A stretch of 64,000 bases of DNA from the human T2T-CHM13v2.0 reference genome, Homo sapiens: NCBI RefSeq assembly GCF_009914755.1, contig NC_060937.1. The stretch is one strand, 5' to 3'. Shown here piece after piece: positions 12,796-27,403 of this stretch (its first letter is position 1; every line of letters begins with the position of its first letter). Made by a program: the position numbers and the translations under genes. A model generated the notes under the pieces. It worked only from the letters and a program-made list of their open reading frames with translations, searched no databases and had not been told where the DNA came from.

Positions 12796-13316
12796 GTAAT
12801 TGTTTCATTTTATTGCAAAATGCTTGTTTTAGTTAGTGTATGTGTCTCACTTCCTCTGAATAGCTAGCTGAAAGTTTAAAATATTTATTGTTAATTTTGA
12901 ATTAGGGGAAAATAGAAATATACAGAGAAATTTGATATCCAAGATTTTCAGATGCCAGGTAAAGTGAAAACAAGAAATAACATATGCTAGACCTCTCCTC
13001 TAGCCTTTATTTGGTAAATGTTTAAACAGGACAAAAATCAAACCCAGCCTAACATCAATTCTTCATTAATTTCATTTTGTGGACTATGATATTGATACTT
13101 TTAACAAATTTAAGCTAATCTTTGGCTTTGCTTACCATCATGGACATCTTATTCCTTCATAAACAGAATTAGATCAAATTAAAATTCTTCTTAAAAGAAT
13201 CATTCAGCAAGTAGGTGCCTACTGTTGTTTGGCACAGTAGGGGATTAAAATGTTGAAAAAAAATACCCTTATGTTTTTTCACAGACATTTATTATGTTAA
13301 ATGTCTTTCTCCTTAG

Positions 13317-13569
13317 GTTTACTCCTGATGGGAAGTACTTGATTGTGGCCCAGCTGAATCTTAGCAGGCTCTCAGTCGTAGCAGCACCCCCAGTGGGAAG
13401 CATTGGGGAGTGTTCTGTGATCAGCACAATCCAACTAGCAGATCAAGTTTTGCCACATCTCCTAGAAGTCGACAGAAAGACTGGAGCAGTCTATGTAGCA
13501 GAAATTGGAGCAAAACAAGTACAAAAATATGTCCCTTTGAATAGCTATGTTCCTTCATTTGGTTCATAA
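13317..13569 (+). CDS. NHLRC3: NHLRC3 exon 7 coding part to stop (FTPDGKY...PSFGS*)
   Basis: ctccttag acceptor, TAA stop; the seven exons sum to 1044 nt = 347 aa plus stop. Confidence 0.96.
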
Positions 13570-15337
13570 TGTTTCTTTCCTGGGAATATTTCAAGTGGCA
13601 GTTCAGATTCTCAATTCACTAAGTGCTTAAAAATGATGTTCAAGCACAAGAATTTATTTTTCTAGTATAAAAGATCTAGTATCAGAAAGATTTGTTTTTG
13701 TATCATTAAGAATCTTATATTTTGTTGCCCTCTTGGGACTTAGTTTTATTTGTAAGTGCATAAGGATATTTTAATGAAAGGAAAGTAACTAAAAAATGGG
13801 GTTGGGAAGAGGGACTAAGGTGGTAACCTCATTATTTGCCCTGGTAGACTGATTCTCCCTGGGTAAAAAAAATGGGAATAAAAATGAGCTTGCATGATAA
13901 TTTATTAAATTTCATGTGAAGAACTCCAGACCTCCAGATTGTGCAACTAACATAAAATGAGCTGCTTGAGAGATTGTAAATAAGATGAACTATTGATTAA
14001 TTTGAGTACCCACAGAGTGCTGTGTCTTGACGACTTAAAAATGAAAAAGCAGGATTGCCTTTTGAGTAGCTTGCAGTCTAGTGGGGAGACAAGCAGGCAA
14101 ACAGTCACAACACAGCAAAAGCAACCTTGGAGCATAGTGGGACTTTTGGAGTAGGAGTGCTGCATTTGACTGAGGGAATCATGGATACTTCGCAGGAGAA
14201 GTGAATTTGAGCTCAGACTTGAAAACTGAGGAGGAGCTTACCAAGGGACAAGGAGGAGAAAACAATAATTTCCAAGTAAAGAAGGTATAAAAAGTTAGAA
14301 GTGTACTGTAAACTTTGATAGGCTTTTAGGCCTTTTTTAAAGCCCAACTTGGCTTCTGTCCATTACCTATAAGATATTTAATGTCAGTCAGCCTTTAAAT
14401 GTAGGAATAAAATGGCTGGCATCTAAGCACTTTAGTAAAAGAGGTTTTTACAAATAACTAAGGATTGTAGAGCTTCCTTCTCTTTTTTTTTCTTTTTCTT
14501 TCTTTTGTTTTACATGAACTCAACTTATTCCTAACATTTGTCTACCTCAAAGAAATTTCAAGATTATTTAGATAACATGGATATGTGCCAAATCCTTTGA
14601 GCTGTTAAGATGATAATTTCCTGCTTTCCTCCTACATCTTCTCCTCCCACTCCCTCCTTTGGTGTGAATATTGGCTTCCCAATTAAGACCTTTTTTTTTT
14701 TTTTTCCAGTTTGTTTTAGCTTATTATAGGTTTTGGAGGAACTTTGCCATTTTGTAATCTTTCAAATCATTCTTCACCCTTCCTCACATCAGCTTCCTGC
14801 TTTTCCCAGTGTTTTACTGTAAATTGTGTAGCATATGACAAATCTTGAGCTGACTTTCCTCTTCACCTGTTATGGCTGGAGTATTTTCCAGACCTGAAGG
14901 GACTCACACTTGTTTTGATACTTGGATCACATCTCCGTGAGGTTAGGAAGGTAAATCTACCAACAGGAAGCCCTGTACTCTGTATTCCAAGGCCATTGGT
15001 AAATGTGTTGGTGCCACTGATCGGACTGTATGACCTTAAACAAGTCACCTTAGTTTTCAGTGAAATGGGAATATCATTGTCTCCTCTTTCATGAATGCTG
15101 TGAGAATCAGATGTGCAACAGGTACAGACTTGCCCTTTGAAATCTATACCTCTGGATACATTAGAGGCATTTTATTAACAAAGGCCCTTCTAAATGTGCT
15201 ATTTATTTGACAATAACTATCAGATTTGCCTTAATTTTGTGTTTATAGCATTTATCAAAACGTATCCTCATAGACTTTATGCAGATTAATATGGTCAATT
15301 GATTTGGATAAAAGAAAGTAATTTCAGGGTTTGTTTT

Positions 15338-15527
15338 TAAGCCAGGACAAGAAGTGCAAATGCCTCTTTGAAGCAATTTAGGCTAAACTGATTTTGAAAT
15401 TTCAAAATGTTTTATTTTACTTTGTTTTATTAAGCCAGGACAAGAAGTGCAAATGCCTCTTTGAAGCAATTCAGGCTAGGTAAACCGATTTTGCCATTTC
15501 AAAACGTTTTATTTTACTTTGTTTTAT
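15338..15527 (+). repeat. Tandem duplication, 93/97-bp units, in NHLRC3 3' UTR
   Basis: taagccaggacaagaagtgcaaatgcctctttgaagcaatt...ttttactttgttttat occurs at 15338 and 15431. Confidence 0.95.
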
Positions 15528-15724
15528 ATCAGAGTCTTATAAAACCTGCTGCAAATATTTCTGAATGTCTTTGTAAAAGTGTTTGTTAGTGTACCTGTGA
15601 TTATAGTACTTCACTTTTTTCCTTTGGATTAATTGGTTAAATGAATGAGAAATGTGTTATGTTTTTTACTAAAAAGTATAAATTAAAATTTTGGAAAGAA
15701 AAGGCAATATTATCTGGCTCCCCA

Positions 15725-15730
15725 ATTAAA
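15725..15730 (+). terminator. Candidate distal polyadenylation signal ATTAAA
   Basis: ATTAAA followed by CA ~15-20 nt downstream and a T-rich tract. Confidence 0.5.
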
Positions 15731-16163
15731 GTTTGATTTTATTGTCACAAAAGCAGTCTATAACTTTTTATTCCTTTAAAGAATTTCAGCAATTATGAAA
15801 TCACAAGTTGATGCTGAAAGAATATCCCACTTTTCACACATATAGCGTGTAAGCTGATGTGCATAAATATGACTAGAAGTTGCTTAGAACATTTAAAGAA
15901 TGTAGCTTGTTTTGAGGTGGTGGGAGGGTACAACTGACAGTAATAACTAGCTAATTGTCTACATTTCTGCATTAAAAGTGGAACATCTTTATACTTCTAC
16001 TTTTTAGGTCTATTCTTGGAGTGGGGAGGGGAGAAAGTGTTCTAAATTAGAAAACCAAAGGCTATAGATTTAGCTCTATCTTTCCCTACCTGTACCATCA
16101 GATTGGGTCTTTCAAGTGGAATATTTATCGATCAGAGAAAACTTGGATGAAATCTGATGGTGA

Positions 16164-16500
<337 letters not shown>

Positions 16501-18199
16501 ACTTTGTTCTTAGGTCACTTAACAGATTAAAAGACTGCTTCAAGCAATGTAGTGTAAGGCTACGGCAATAAAGTCCTATTTTGTTTTGCCTTTGCTGTTT
16601 TTAAGCACTTTTGCATTTGAAAACAGGACAGATTGGATAGTCAGCATTAAAATGGAAACTCAAATTTTTGCTTTTTAGGCTTACCAAAATAAATGAGAGT
16701 TTTTAAAAGTCCTAAATTTATTACTTTAATTTGTTGTATTCTCTGCTATATATTTTCAGCAACAATAAAAAATCAAAATAATCATCTTTATTGATTCAGT
16801 AAAAAGTTTTGAGACAACAAACATATAAAAGCACTCAGTCAAGTGTCCTCTGCTCTAATAGTTCCCTACCTGGTTGGGAAAACAAGCTACTTAAACCTTG
16901 TCTTTTAGTAGTTTTAGGAGATACCATTTTTGGCACTTGTGTTATGTTACATTCTTGATACACAAGAGGTCAGTAGCGTTCTGCTTATAAGCATTTCTTG
17001 AAATCAAACATGGGCTAAACTTCATACTTTGGTTGTTTTTTTTTTTAATTGAAGCTACAGTGTTCACCATACTTTCATTGTTTTTCTTTTTTCTGCCACT
17101 TGCTTACATCTTAAGGAAATTGCTTTATGGGTGAAACATTTTCCAAGCATTGTTGGAAATTTTTTACTGGTTAATTGGACTTGTCCACAATTAAAAAAAA
17201 AGTTTAAACCTTTTCAGTAATTCAGACTAACAGCCAGAAGTGAATTAACTTATTTTAAATGAAGGTGAAACTATAATCTGAATGTGTGAGTTTAGTACAA
17301 TAGAGAATGAATTTGTATTAGTGGGGAATCATTCTTTTTTCTCCCTAGTAGTTGTTTTTTGTTGTCGTTGTTGCTGTTGTATAAAAAAAAAAAACAATTT
17401 CACCTTGTGGTTGCTACTTTACAAATAAGAAAAATAAGTTTTTTATAAAGACTCTTAGGTCATTTCTTCATCAGCTACTCTGGAATCCATGAGTTTATAA
17501 ATTAATCCTCTAAACGCTAAATGACATGTAGATGCTCCTTTGGTGTATAAGAATTGAATAGAATTTGAGCAATGAAAAATAACACTACTTAAAACTTATT
17601 TTTTCCATTGTAAACAATGAAGTAATATGACTTAATTCTGCTTCTATGTAATTCATAAATAAAAAACTCACTGTAACATTAAAACAAGCATGTCCTACAT
17701 GAGTTACATTTAAATAAATTAATTTTAATTTAAATTAATTTAATAGATTAATTTGCGTGAGTCACAACAAATTGATATTATAAACTTGCTTCTCAATTTT
17801 CAGCCGCTTTATCAAAGGAAGAAAATTTTAGTTGCATGGTGCAGATTCTCAGATTTGTTCCTAGTGAGAATTAGTTACTGTAATATGTGTTAGAAATTTT
17901 TTTTTACAATACGACATTTATATACAAATTGTCACAATCACCAGTTAAATGTTTTTATAACATTTTTCTTCACAGTGTGTATAAAGAAGTATTTAAATAT
18001 TTTGATGCTTCCTGTATTGAACTGAAATACTTATTTTTACTTAACTAAAGGGATGAAGGAACTAACTATATGTACGTTTGTTTTTAATCAACATTAATTG
18101 AGGTAAATGTATTCAGTTTTGTGTGGAGCGTATGGGGGTTACGTTTGTGCAGTCTGTGTGCATATGTGTAAATATAAATGTGCATCTAAAGGGCATTAT

Positions 18200-18506
18200 G
18201 CCCAACTAGGTCAGAAGAACTGGATCAAGACAGTTGAAACAACATGGCTAAACGTTAAGTCCTCATGGGAGGACACCTGGTTTGGCAACAAATTATTTGA
18301 AAAAGTTTTGGAAAGTTTGTTGGCCAAAAATATTACAAGCCTTGTTAAGAAAAATGTTGCAATCTTAGACAACATTGAAGTGTAGATTTAATGGCAGTTT
18401 AATCGACAAGATAGTCTATATATCTAGTAAATAGCTCCGTGGTGTTGTTTCCTTTGGCTACTACATTTTAAGGGGGCATCCTATAAACTGTTTAACCCAA
18501 AAGCAG
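18200..18506 (+). mobile_element. Ancient CR1/L3-like LINE fragment (resumes after 19055)
   Basis: tgaaaaagttttgg...gcaatcttagacaacatt resembles the L3 RT 3' region. Confidence 0.45.
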
Positions 18507-19054
18507 TGTGATGGTTAATATTGAGTGTCAGCTTGGTTGGATTGAAGGATGCAAAGTATTGTTCCTGGGTGTGTCTGTGAGAGGGTTGCCGAAGGAGATT
18601 AACATTTGAATCAATGGACTGTGAGAGGCAGCCCCACCCTCAATCTGAGTGGGCACCATCTAATCAGCTGCCAGCGTGGCTAGAATAAAAGCAAGCAGAG
18701 GAACGTGGAAGGATGAGACTGGCTGAGTCTTCTGGTCTTCATCTTTCTCCCATGCTGGATGCTTCCTGCCCTTGAACATTGGACTGCAAGTTCTTTAGCT
18801 TTTGGACGTTTGGACTTACACCAGTGGTTTGCCAGGGGCTCTCAGACCTTCTGCCACAGACTGAAGGCTGCACTTTCAGCTTCCCTACTTTTGAGGTTTT
18901 GGAACTCGGACTGGCTTTCTTGCTCCGCAGCTTGCAGGTGGCCTGTTATGGGACTTTACCTTGTGGATCATGTGAGTCAGTACTCCTTAAACTCCCTTTC
19001 ATATATCCATCTATCCTATTCATCCTGTCTCTGTAGACAACCCTGACTAATACA
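18507..19054 (+). mobile_element. MLT2A (HERV-L) solo LTR, probably MLT2A2
   Basis: TG...CA ends (tgtgatggttaatattgagtgtc ... ccctgactaataca); perfect 5-bp TSD AGCAG. Confidence 0.92.
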
Positions 19055-19229
19055 AGCAGGTAACCAAAATAACAGTGTTTGGAAATAATTCTGAAGTCTC
19101 AGAGGGTGATCATGTAGTAGAGTGAATAGAATTCTGCACTTTCCTCCAGAACTAAGACAATGAGTACAAATAATAGAGTGGTCCATTGGATCAGCCCAAT
19201 AAAAGAACCCTCCTCTAGCAGTGGAATGG

Positions 19230-19480
19230 GCTGTAGCAGTGGATGTGGTAAAGCTTGGTGTTTCACAGCTTGGAATCCAGAGTTAGGTTGACCTACGTTC
19301 TAATCCACGCCCTGCAACTAATTTGTATTGTTTTGAGCTATGCCTCATTTTTTTGCTCATTTGTGAAATGGGAATACTAGTATTTTCCTTATGGAATTAT
19401 TGTGAATACAAATAAGATCATGCATGTAAAGCATTAAGCCCTGTCTCTGACATGCAATAAGCACTCAACAAACCTTAAGA
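19230..19480 (+). mobile_element. MIR
   Basis: ctcatttgtgaaatgggaata...tgtaaagcatt...taagcactcaa. Confidence 0.7.
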
Positions 19481-19829
19481 GATTCACGTGTGGTGTTTCA
19501 ATCAGACAATGGCAGTCATGCTACCACCTTTGGGCAGGGTTTGGGAGAATGGTGAGACCACATGAACTTCCCTATTATATAATTCTGTGTTTAGTCACAG
19601 TATTGAAAATTAAAGGTAAGGCTGTAATATACTAAAGCATCTATCATTTAGAAATGCCATTTTAAAAAACATGGCTATTTTTAGTTGGCATTAATGCTGT
19701 TTATCCAACAAGTAATTTATGATCAAGGTAAAGACTCCCACCTTCTGCAATTTATATTCTAGTTGGAGAGACAGAGGAAATTGAGAGGAAAAATGGGATT
19801 TTGGTTAACATTTATGGTATACATTAACA

Positions 19830-20300
19830 CTTAGTTGGTTAAGCAAATACCCATTTTCAGTGTTCTTCTGCCTTTCCTTCCACTACTGTAACGACTGGAA
19901 GAGCTGGGTGCTCACTTCCTCAGCCTGCTAGCAACTAGAGGTAGCTCTGTGACGTGGCTCTGACCATAATTGGAAGTCTACTGGTAGACTTCTAGAAAAG
20001 CATTTGCTTTTTTGATTTTAAAAAATAGCAGCATCACTCCTTTATCCATTTCTTCCCTGCCTTGAACTTGGAAGTGATGCCTGAAGTTGCAGTAGCCGTC
20101 TCAGAACCATGAAGCCACAAAGCAGCAATCTTAAGGCAGAAAGATAGGAGCCTGGGTTTTTAGCATGTTAGGGAACCACTACATTGTCCTTGTATTTCCT
20201 TTCTCCAGACTTCTTTTTATGGGAGATAATTAAATGTGACTAAAGCCACTGTTAGTTGAATGTTTTCTTGCAGGTGAAAGCATTCCTAAGAAATGTAATA
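19830..20300 (+). mobile_element. Old ERVL LTR (LTR33-like)
   Basis: gcagtagccgtctcagaaccatga...taaagccactgttagttg...aaagcattcctaa. Confidence 0.6.
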
Positions 20301-20329
20301 CTGAGTTAAACTGCATTAATTTGAGAAAG

Positions 20330-21050
20330 ATGGATATTTTTATTGTTTTAAGATTCTGTATCCAGGAATATGTCATTCCAATGTCTTATGTCCTTTAAGA
20401 TTTTACAAGTTTTTTTAAAAAAATAGATGCTGTGCCTTTTTCTCGTGACAAATTTAGATTCCTGTATCAAATTTATTCCATGCATTTATTACCGATACTA
20501 GAGTAGGATTTTTCCCCATTTCTATTTAGTTATTGGAGGTATAGAGAAAAGGAATCAATTTGTTTTATATATAATATATTAACCTTAATTAATTTAATTT
20601 AATAATTTAATGAGTTAATTTAACAATTAACCTTAATTATTTTAATTAGCTATTATGGACATTTGGATTTTGTGGGTGGAGCACTGAAAAAAACTATACA
20701 TCTTTCAATATTTGTATTGCTTGTTTGATTTTCAAAATTTTATTACATTAGCTACACTATTTAAAACAATGTTGAATGATAGGGGGATATCCTTATCTTA
20801 TTTCTGATTTTAATGGAAATGTTTGCACTACACCAATTATTAATAATACGATATTTGCTATTAAGTTTTGGTAATTTTCATATTTCAGTTCTTTGTCTCT
20901 TAGAGTTTTATTAAGAATACTTAATTTTATTAACTGGCTTTTGACATTGATGTAGACAATATGTTGATGTAATGAATGTTACAGATTATTTTTCTTATGT
21001 TATTGGAAAACATTTTAATCATGATGTCTTGCTTGGAACTTCTATTCTTG
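20330..21050 (-). mobile_element. Old L1M ORF2 fragment
   Basis: aacaatgttgaat...ccttatcttatttctgattttaatggaaatg antisense L1 ORF2 motif. Confidence 0.6.
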
Positions 21051-22101
21051 AAACACAAAGGGCAGTAGAGTTCTATTTATACAATTTACTAATTATGTTT
21101 CTTCCATCTCCAAAAGGAAATTGAGTTTCCTTACAATAAAAGAATACATTAAAATAGAAAAAGTAATGTCAAACAAACATTTTATAGAAAGTACATTTAT
21201 TGGAAACCTGGATTAGTAATAGTTACAGCAATAAAATATTAAGTTAATTTGGAGTTTTCTTGTAGCTGTGGCAAAGAAGGAAATATAAATAATTCTCATT
21301 TAATGAAATCTTATCCATTCTTTGGAAAAAACAAGCTCTTGTTTTTTCTTTTTCTTTTTTTTTTTGGCTCAACTTGAAAAGTTTCCATAGTCTTCCACAA
21401 ATTATAGATATCAGAAGAAACTTTGGTTATCAACAATAGCAATAAAAGTGATTTTTAATGGACTATATTATTAAATAGATTAGTGCAATTATGTATCAAA
21501 ATCATGCCTTTTATTTTACTTGTTTATATATATTTTCAACTTTTAGATTCTGGGGGGCTACATATACAGATTTGTTACAAAGGTATATTGCATGATGCTA
21601 ATGTTTGGAGTATAATTGAACCTGTCATCCAGGATGTAAGGGTAATACCTAATATGTACTTTTTCAGCCCTCTCCCTCTCCCAACCCCCTCCCTCTTATA
21701 TTCTTCAGTGTCTGTTGTTCCCATCTTTATGTCTGTGTGTACCCATTGTTTAGCTCCGACTTGTGAGAACATGTGGTATTTGGTTTTCTCTTTCTGTATT
21801 CTCTCACTTAGGATACTGGCCTCAAGCTGCATCCATATTGCTGCAAACAGCATGACTTCACTCTTTTTTATGGCTGCATAGTATTCCTTGGTGTATGTGT
21901 ACCATGTTTTCTTTATCCAGTCCAACATTGAAGGGTATCTAGGTTGATCCCATGTCTTTGCTATTGTGAATAGTGCTGCAGTGAACATGGATGCATGTGC
22001 CTTTTTGGTAGAATGATTTATTTTTCTTAGGTTATATACCCAGTAATAGGATTGCTGGGTCAAATGCTAGTTCAGCTCTTAGTTCCATAAGAAGTCTTCC
22101 A

Positions 22102-22287
<186 letters not shown>

Positions 22288-24477
22288 AAGAAGTCTTCCA
22301 ACTGCTCTCCACAGTGGATGAACTAATATATTCCCACCAACAGTGTATTAGTGTTCCCTTTTCTCTGCAACCCCACCAGCATTTGTTATTTTTGACGGTT
22401 TAACAAAAGCTATTCTGACGTGTGTGAGATTGATTTGCATTTATCTAATGATTAGTGATGATGAGCATTTTTCCATTTGTTTGTTGGCCACTTGTATGTC
22501 TTCTTTTGAGAAGTGTCTGTTCATATCCTTTGCCCACTTTTTAACAGGGCTATTTGTTTTTTGCTTATTGATTTAGTTCCTTATAGATTGTGGACATTAG
22601 GCTATTTTCAGGTGCATAGTTTGAGTGTTTTCTCCCATTCTGTAGGTTGTCTGTTTACTCTGTTGATAGTTTCTTTTGCTTTGCAAAAGCTCTTTAGTTT
22701 AATTAGGTCCTACTTGTCAATTTTTGTTTTTGTTGCAATTGTTTATGAAGACAACTGTAAATTCTTTGTCAAGGCCAGTATTGAGAAGGGTATTTCCTAG
22801 GTTTTCCTCAAGAAATGTTATGGTTTGAGGTCTTATATTTAAGTCCTTAATGCATCTTGAGTTAATTTTTACATATGGTGATAGATAGGGGTCTACTTTC
22901 ATTCTTCTCTATATGGGTAGCCAGTTATACCAGCATCATTTATTGAGTAGAGAGTCCTTTCTTCATTGCTTATTTTGTTGACTTTGTCAAAGATCATATG
23001 GTCACAGGTGTGCAGCTTTATTTCTGGGTTTCCTACTCTGTTCCATTGGTCTATGTGTCTATTTTTATAACAGTACCGTGCTGTTTTGGTTATTGTAGCC
23101 TTATAATATTGTTTGAAGTCAGGTAATGTGATGCCCCCCCACTTTGTACTTTTTGCTTAGGATTGTGTTGGCTATTCAGGCTGTTTTTTGGTTCCATATG
23201 AATTTTAGAATAGTTTTTTCCAATTCTGTGAAAAATGATCTTGGTGCTCTAATAGGAATGGTGTTGAATCTATACATTGCTTTGGGCAATATGGCCATTT
23301 TAATGATGTTGATTCTTCCCATCCTCGAGTATGGAATGTTTTTCCATTTGTTTGTGTCATTACTGATTTATTTCAGTGCACTTGTTGTTCTTCTAGTGGT
23401 CTCTCACCTCCTTGGTTAGATGCATTCCTAGGTATTGTATTCTTTTTGAGGCTATTGTAAATAGGATTGTGTTCTTGATTTGGCTCTTAGCTTGAACATT
23501 ATTGGTGTATAGAAATGCTACTAATTTTTGTACACAGATTTTGTATAATGAAACTTCACTGAAATTGTTTATCAATTCTTAGAGGCTTTGGTGGAGGCTT
23601 TGGCATTTTCTCAGTATAGAATCATATCATCAGGGAAGAGAGATAGTTTGGCTTCTTTTATTTCCTATTTCTGTGACTTTTATTTCTTTCTCTTGCCTGA
23701 TTTCTCTGGCTAGGACTCCCAGTACTGGGTTGAATAGGAGTGGTGAGAGTGGACATTCTTGTCTTATTCCAATTCTTAGGCAAAATGCTTCCAACATTTG
23801 CCCATTAAGTATGATGTTGGCCATGAGTTTGTCATAGCTGGCTCTTATTATTTTGAGGTATGTTCTTTCAGTGCCTAGTTTGTTGAAGGCTTTTATTGTG
23901 AAGGGATGTTGGATTTTATTGAAGGCTTTTTTTTTTTTTTTTTTTTGGTCTATGGAGATGATCACATAGTTTTTGTTTTTAATCCTGTTTATGTGGTGAA
24001 TCACATTTATTTACTTGTGTGTGTTGAACTATCCTTGCATCCCATAAATAAAGTCTGGTTGATCATGGTGAATTAACTTTTTGATGTGCTGCTGGATTTG
24101 GTTTGTTAGTATTTTGTTGAGGGCTGTTGCATCTGTGTTCATCAGGGATATTGGCCTGCAGTTTTCTTTTTTCATTGTGTCTCTGCCAGATTTTTGGCAT
24201 CAAGATGATGCTGGTTTTGTAAAATGAATTAGGGAAGAGTCCTTCCTCCTTGATTTTTTTTGGAATAGTTTCAGTAGGATTGATACCAGCTCATCCTTGT
24301 ACGTCTGATATTATTCAGCTGTGAATCCATCTGGTCCAGGACTTTTTTTGGTTGGTAGGATTTTTATTACTAATTCAATTTTAGCACTCATTATTGGTCT
24401 TCTCAGGGTTTCAGTTTATTCGTTCAATCTTGGGAAGTTGTGTGTTTCCAGAAATTTTTCCATTGCTTCCAGATTTT

Positions 24478-24824
24478 GTTTTCTTTTCCTTTCTTCCTTT
24501 CCTTTCTCTATTTCTCTTTCTTTCTCTCTCTCTCTCTCTTTCTCTCTTTCTTTCTCTCTCTCCTTCTTTCCTTCCCTTCCCCCCTACCCTCCTTCCTTTT
24601 CCTTCAGTTATTTATTTATTTATTTTGAAACAGAACCTCATTCTGTCACTCAGACTAGAGTGCAGCGGCGCGATCTTGGGTCACCGCAACCTCCGCCTCC
24701 TAGGTTCAAGTGATTCTCCTGCCTTGGCCTCCTCAGTAGCTGGGATTATAGGTGCATGCCACCATGCCAGGCTAACTTTTTAATATTTTGTTAAGATGGG
24801 TTCTCACTGTGTTGCACAGGCTGT
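24478..24824 (-). mobile_element. Truncated Alu whose tail has become a ~140-bp CT/CTTT microsatellite
   Basis: Antisense Alu right arm; TSD cttc(c/t)agatttt. Confidence 0.85.
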
Positions 24825-25667
24825 CTTCTAGATTTTCTAGTTTGAGTACATGGAGATGTTTTAGTAGTTAGTCTCTGAGGATCTTTTGTATTTCTGTGGG
24901 ATCAGTGGTAATGTCATCTTTGTCTTTTCTGATTCTACTTATTTGTATTGTTACTCTTTTTATTAATCTAGACAGCAGTGTATCAATCTTGTTTATCCTT
25001 TCAAAAAACTAACTTTTGGTTTCATTGATCTTTTGTGTGTATTTTTGCATCTCAACTTCATTCAGTTCTGCTCTGATTTTAGTTTTCTTCTGCTAGCATT
25101 GAGGTTCCTGTTTTTCTAGTTCTTCTGGGGGCAATGTTTGATTATTAATTTGATATCTTTCTAACTTCTTGATATAGGTATTTTGTACTGTAAACTTTTC
25201 TCTTATCACTGCTTTCATTGCATCCCAGAGATTTTGGTATGTTGTGTCTCTGTTTTTATTAATTTTTGAGAAATTTTTTATTTCTGCCTTAATTTTATTA
25301 TTTACCCAAAAGTCATTCAGGAGTAAGTCGTTTAATTTCCATGTATTATGTGGTTTTAAGAGGGCTTCTTGGTATTGATTTATATTTTTATTGCACGGTC
25401 ATTGGAGAGTATGGTTGGTATGATTTTAATTTTTTAAAAGGTACTGAGACTTGCTTTATAACCAAATATGGTTAATCTTAACAGTGTGTTTCCTGTGCAG
25501 TTGGGAAGAATGTATATTCTGTGGTTGTTGGGTGTAGTATTTTGTACATGTCTATTAGGTACAATTGGTCATGTGTCAGGTTTAAGTCCAGAATGTATTT
25601 GTTAGTTTTTTGCCTTGATAGTGTAACACTGTCAGTGGGGTGAGGTCCTCCAATATTGTTATGTGGC

Positions 25668-25869
25668 TTTTTTTTTTTTTTTTTTTTTTGAGACGGAGTT
25701 TCACTCTTGTTGCCCAGGTGTCACCACACCAGGCTAATTTTGTATTTTTAGCAGAGACAGGGTTTCCCCTTGTTGGTCAGGCTGGTCTCGAACTCCCAAC
25801 CTCAGGTGATGCGCCTGCCTCTGCCTCCCAAAGTGCTGGAATTACAGGCATAAGCCACCACGCCCAGCC
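25668..25869 (-). mobile_element. AluS with ~90-bp internal deletion
   Basis: gcccagg joined to tgtcaccacacc via cagg microhomology. Confidence 0.85.
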
Positions 25870-27403
25870 CTGAGTCTTTTTGCCATTCTACAAGTGCTTG
25901 TTTTATCAATATGACTTCTCCAGTGTTGGATGCATATGTATTTAGGATAGTTATGTTTTGCTGAATTGAACCTTTTATCATTATATAATGCCCTTCTTTG
26001 TCCTTTTTGACTATGTTGGTTTAAAGCTTGTTTTGTCTTATGTAATAATAGTTACCCTGCTCTTTTTTGCTTTCTGTTTGCATGATAGATTTTTCTCCAT
26101 TTCTTTATTTTGAGACTATGGGTGTTTTTACACGTGGGATGGGTCTCTTGAAGATAGACGGTTGGGTCTTGACAGTCTGTGCCGTTTAAGTGGGGCGTTT
26201 AGACTATTTATGTTCAAGGTTAATGTTGATATGTAAGGATTTGATCCTGTCATTTTGTTATTAATTGGTTGTTTTGTAGACTCAATTATGTAATTGCTTT
26301 GTAGGATCTGTTGTGTATGTACTTAAGTGTGTTTTTGTGGTATCAGATATTGTTCTTTCCTTTCCACATTTAGAACTCTCTCCTTAAGTACCTCTTGTAA
26401 GGCAGGTCTGGTGGTAATGAATTCCCTTAGTCTTTACATGTTTGAAAAGGATTTCATTTCTCCTTTGCATGTGAATCATAATTTGGCAGGATATAAAATT
26501 CTTGGTTGGAATTTCTTTTCTTTAAGGATGCTAAATATACATCCCCAGTCTCTCCTGGCTTGTAAAGTTTCTGCTGAGAACTCTGCTGTTAGCCTGATGG
26601 GGTTCCCTTTGTAAGTGACTTGGCCTTTTTCCCTAGCCACCTTTATGATTTTTTTTTTCCTGTTGACTTTGGAGAATCTGATGACTGTGTGTCTTTGGGA
26701 TGGTTGTCTTGTATAATATCTTGCAGGTGTTCTCTGGATTTCTGGAATTTGCATGTCTACCTCTCTAGTGAGATTGGGGAAATTTCTGTGGACTATATCC
26801 TCAAATATGTTTTCCAAGTTGCTTACTCTCTCTTTTTCTCTCTCAGGAATGCCAATGAGTTGTAGAGAAAGTTTGTTTCTTTCTTTAAAAATTACTATGT
26901 CATCTCTCCTGGACCATTTTACTGGCTTCCTTGGATTGAGTTTAAACTTTCTCCTGAATCTCATTGAGCTTTTTTGCCCTTCAGATTCTGAATTCTATGT
27001 CTGTCATCTCTCTCAGCCATTTCAGTCTGGTAGGGAACCAGACATTGCTGGGGAGCTAGTGCAATCATTTAGAGGTAAGGAGATGCTCTGACTTTTGAAT
27101 CATCAGAGTTCTTGGGCTGATTCTTTCTCATATGAGAGGGCTGGTGTTGCCTTATCATTTTGAAATGGCTGTTGTTTGGATGGGGCTATTTGTTTTTATA
27201 TTCTTTATTTCCCTTGAGGGTTTGACTGGAGTATGCTGCCTATAGTCGATTGACTTCATTCCTGGGTGCTTTCAGAGGGTCAAGGCTCTGTGCGGGATCT
27301 TTCTTTGTGGCTAGATTCCTGCATTGGGTTTCACTGGTGATGTATGGTGAAAGAATTTATGTTTGGTGGTTTAATTAAGGCTGTGATCTAGTACGTGGCA
27401 CTT

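Larger units (their letters stand above)
13570..15750 (+). other. NHLRC3: NHLRC3 3' UTR (approximate end), containing L2 and MIR remnants
   Basis: Downstream of the stop; candidate signals AATAAA at 13877 and 14406 and ATTAAA at 15725. Confidence 0.65.
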
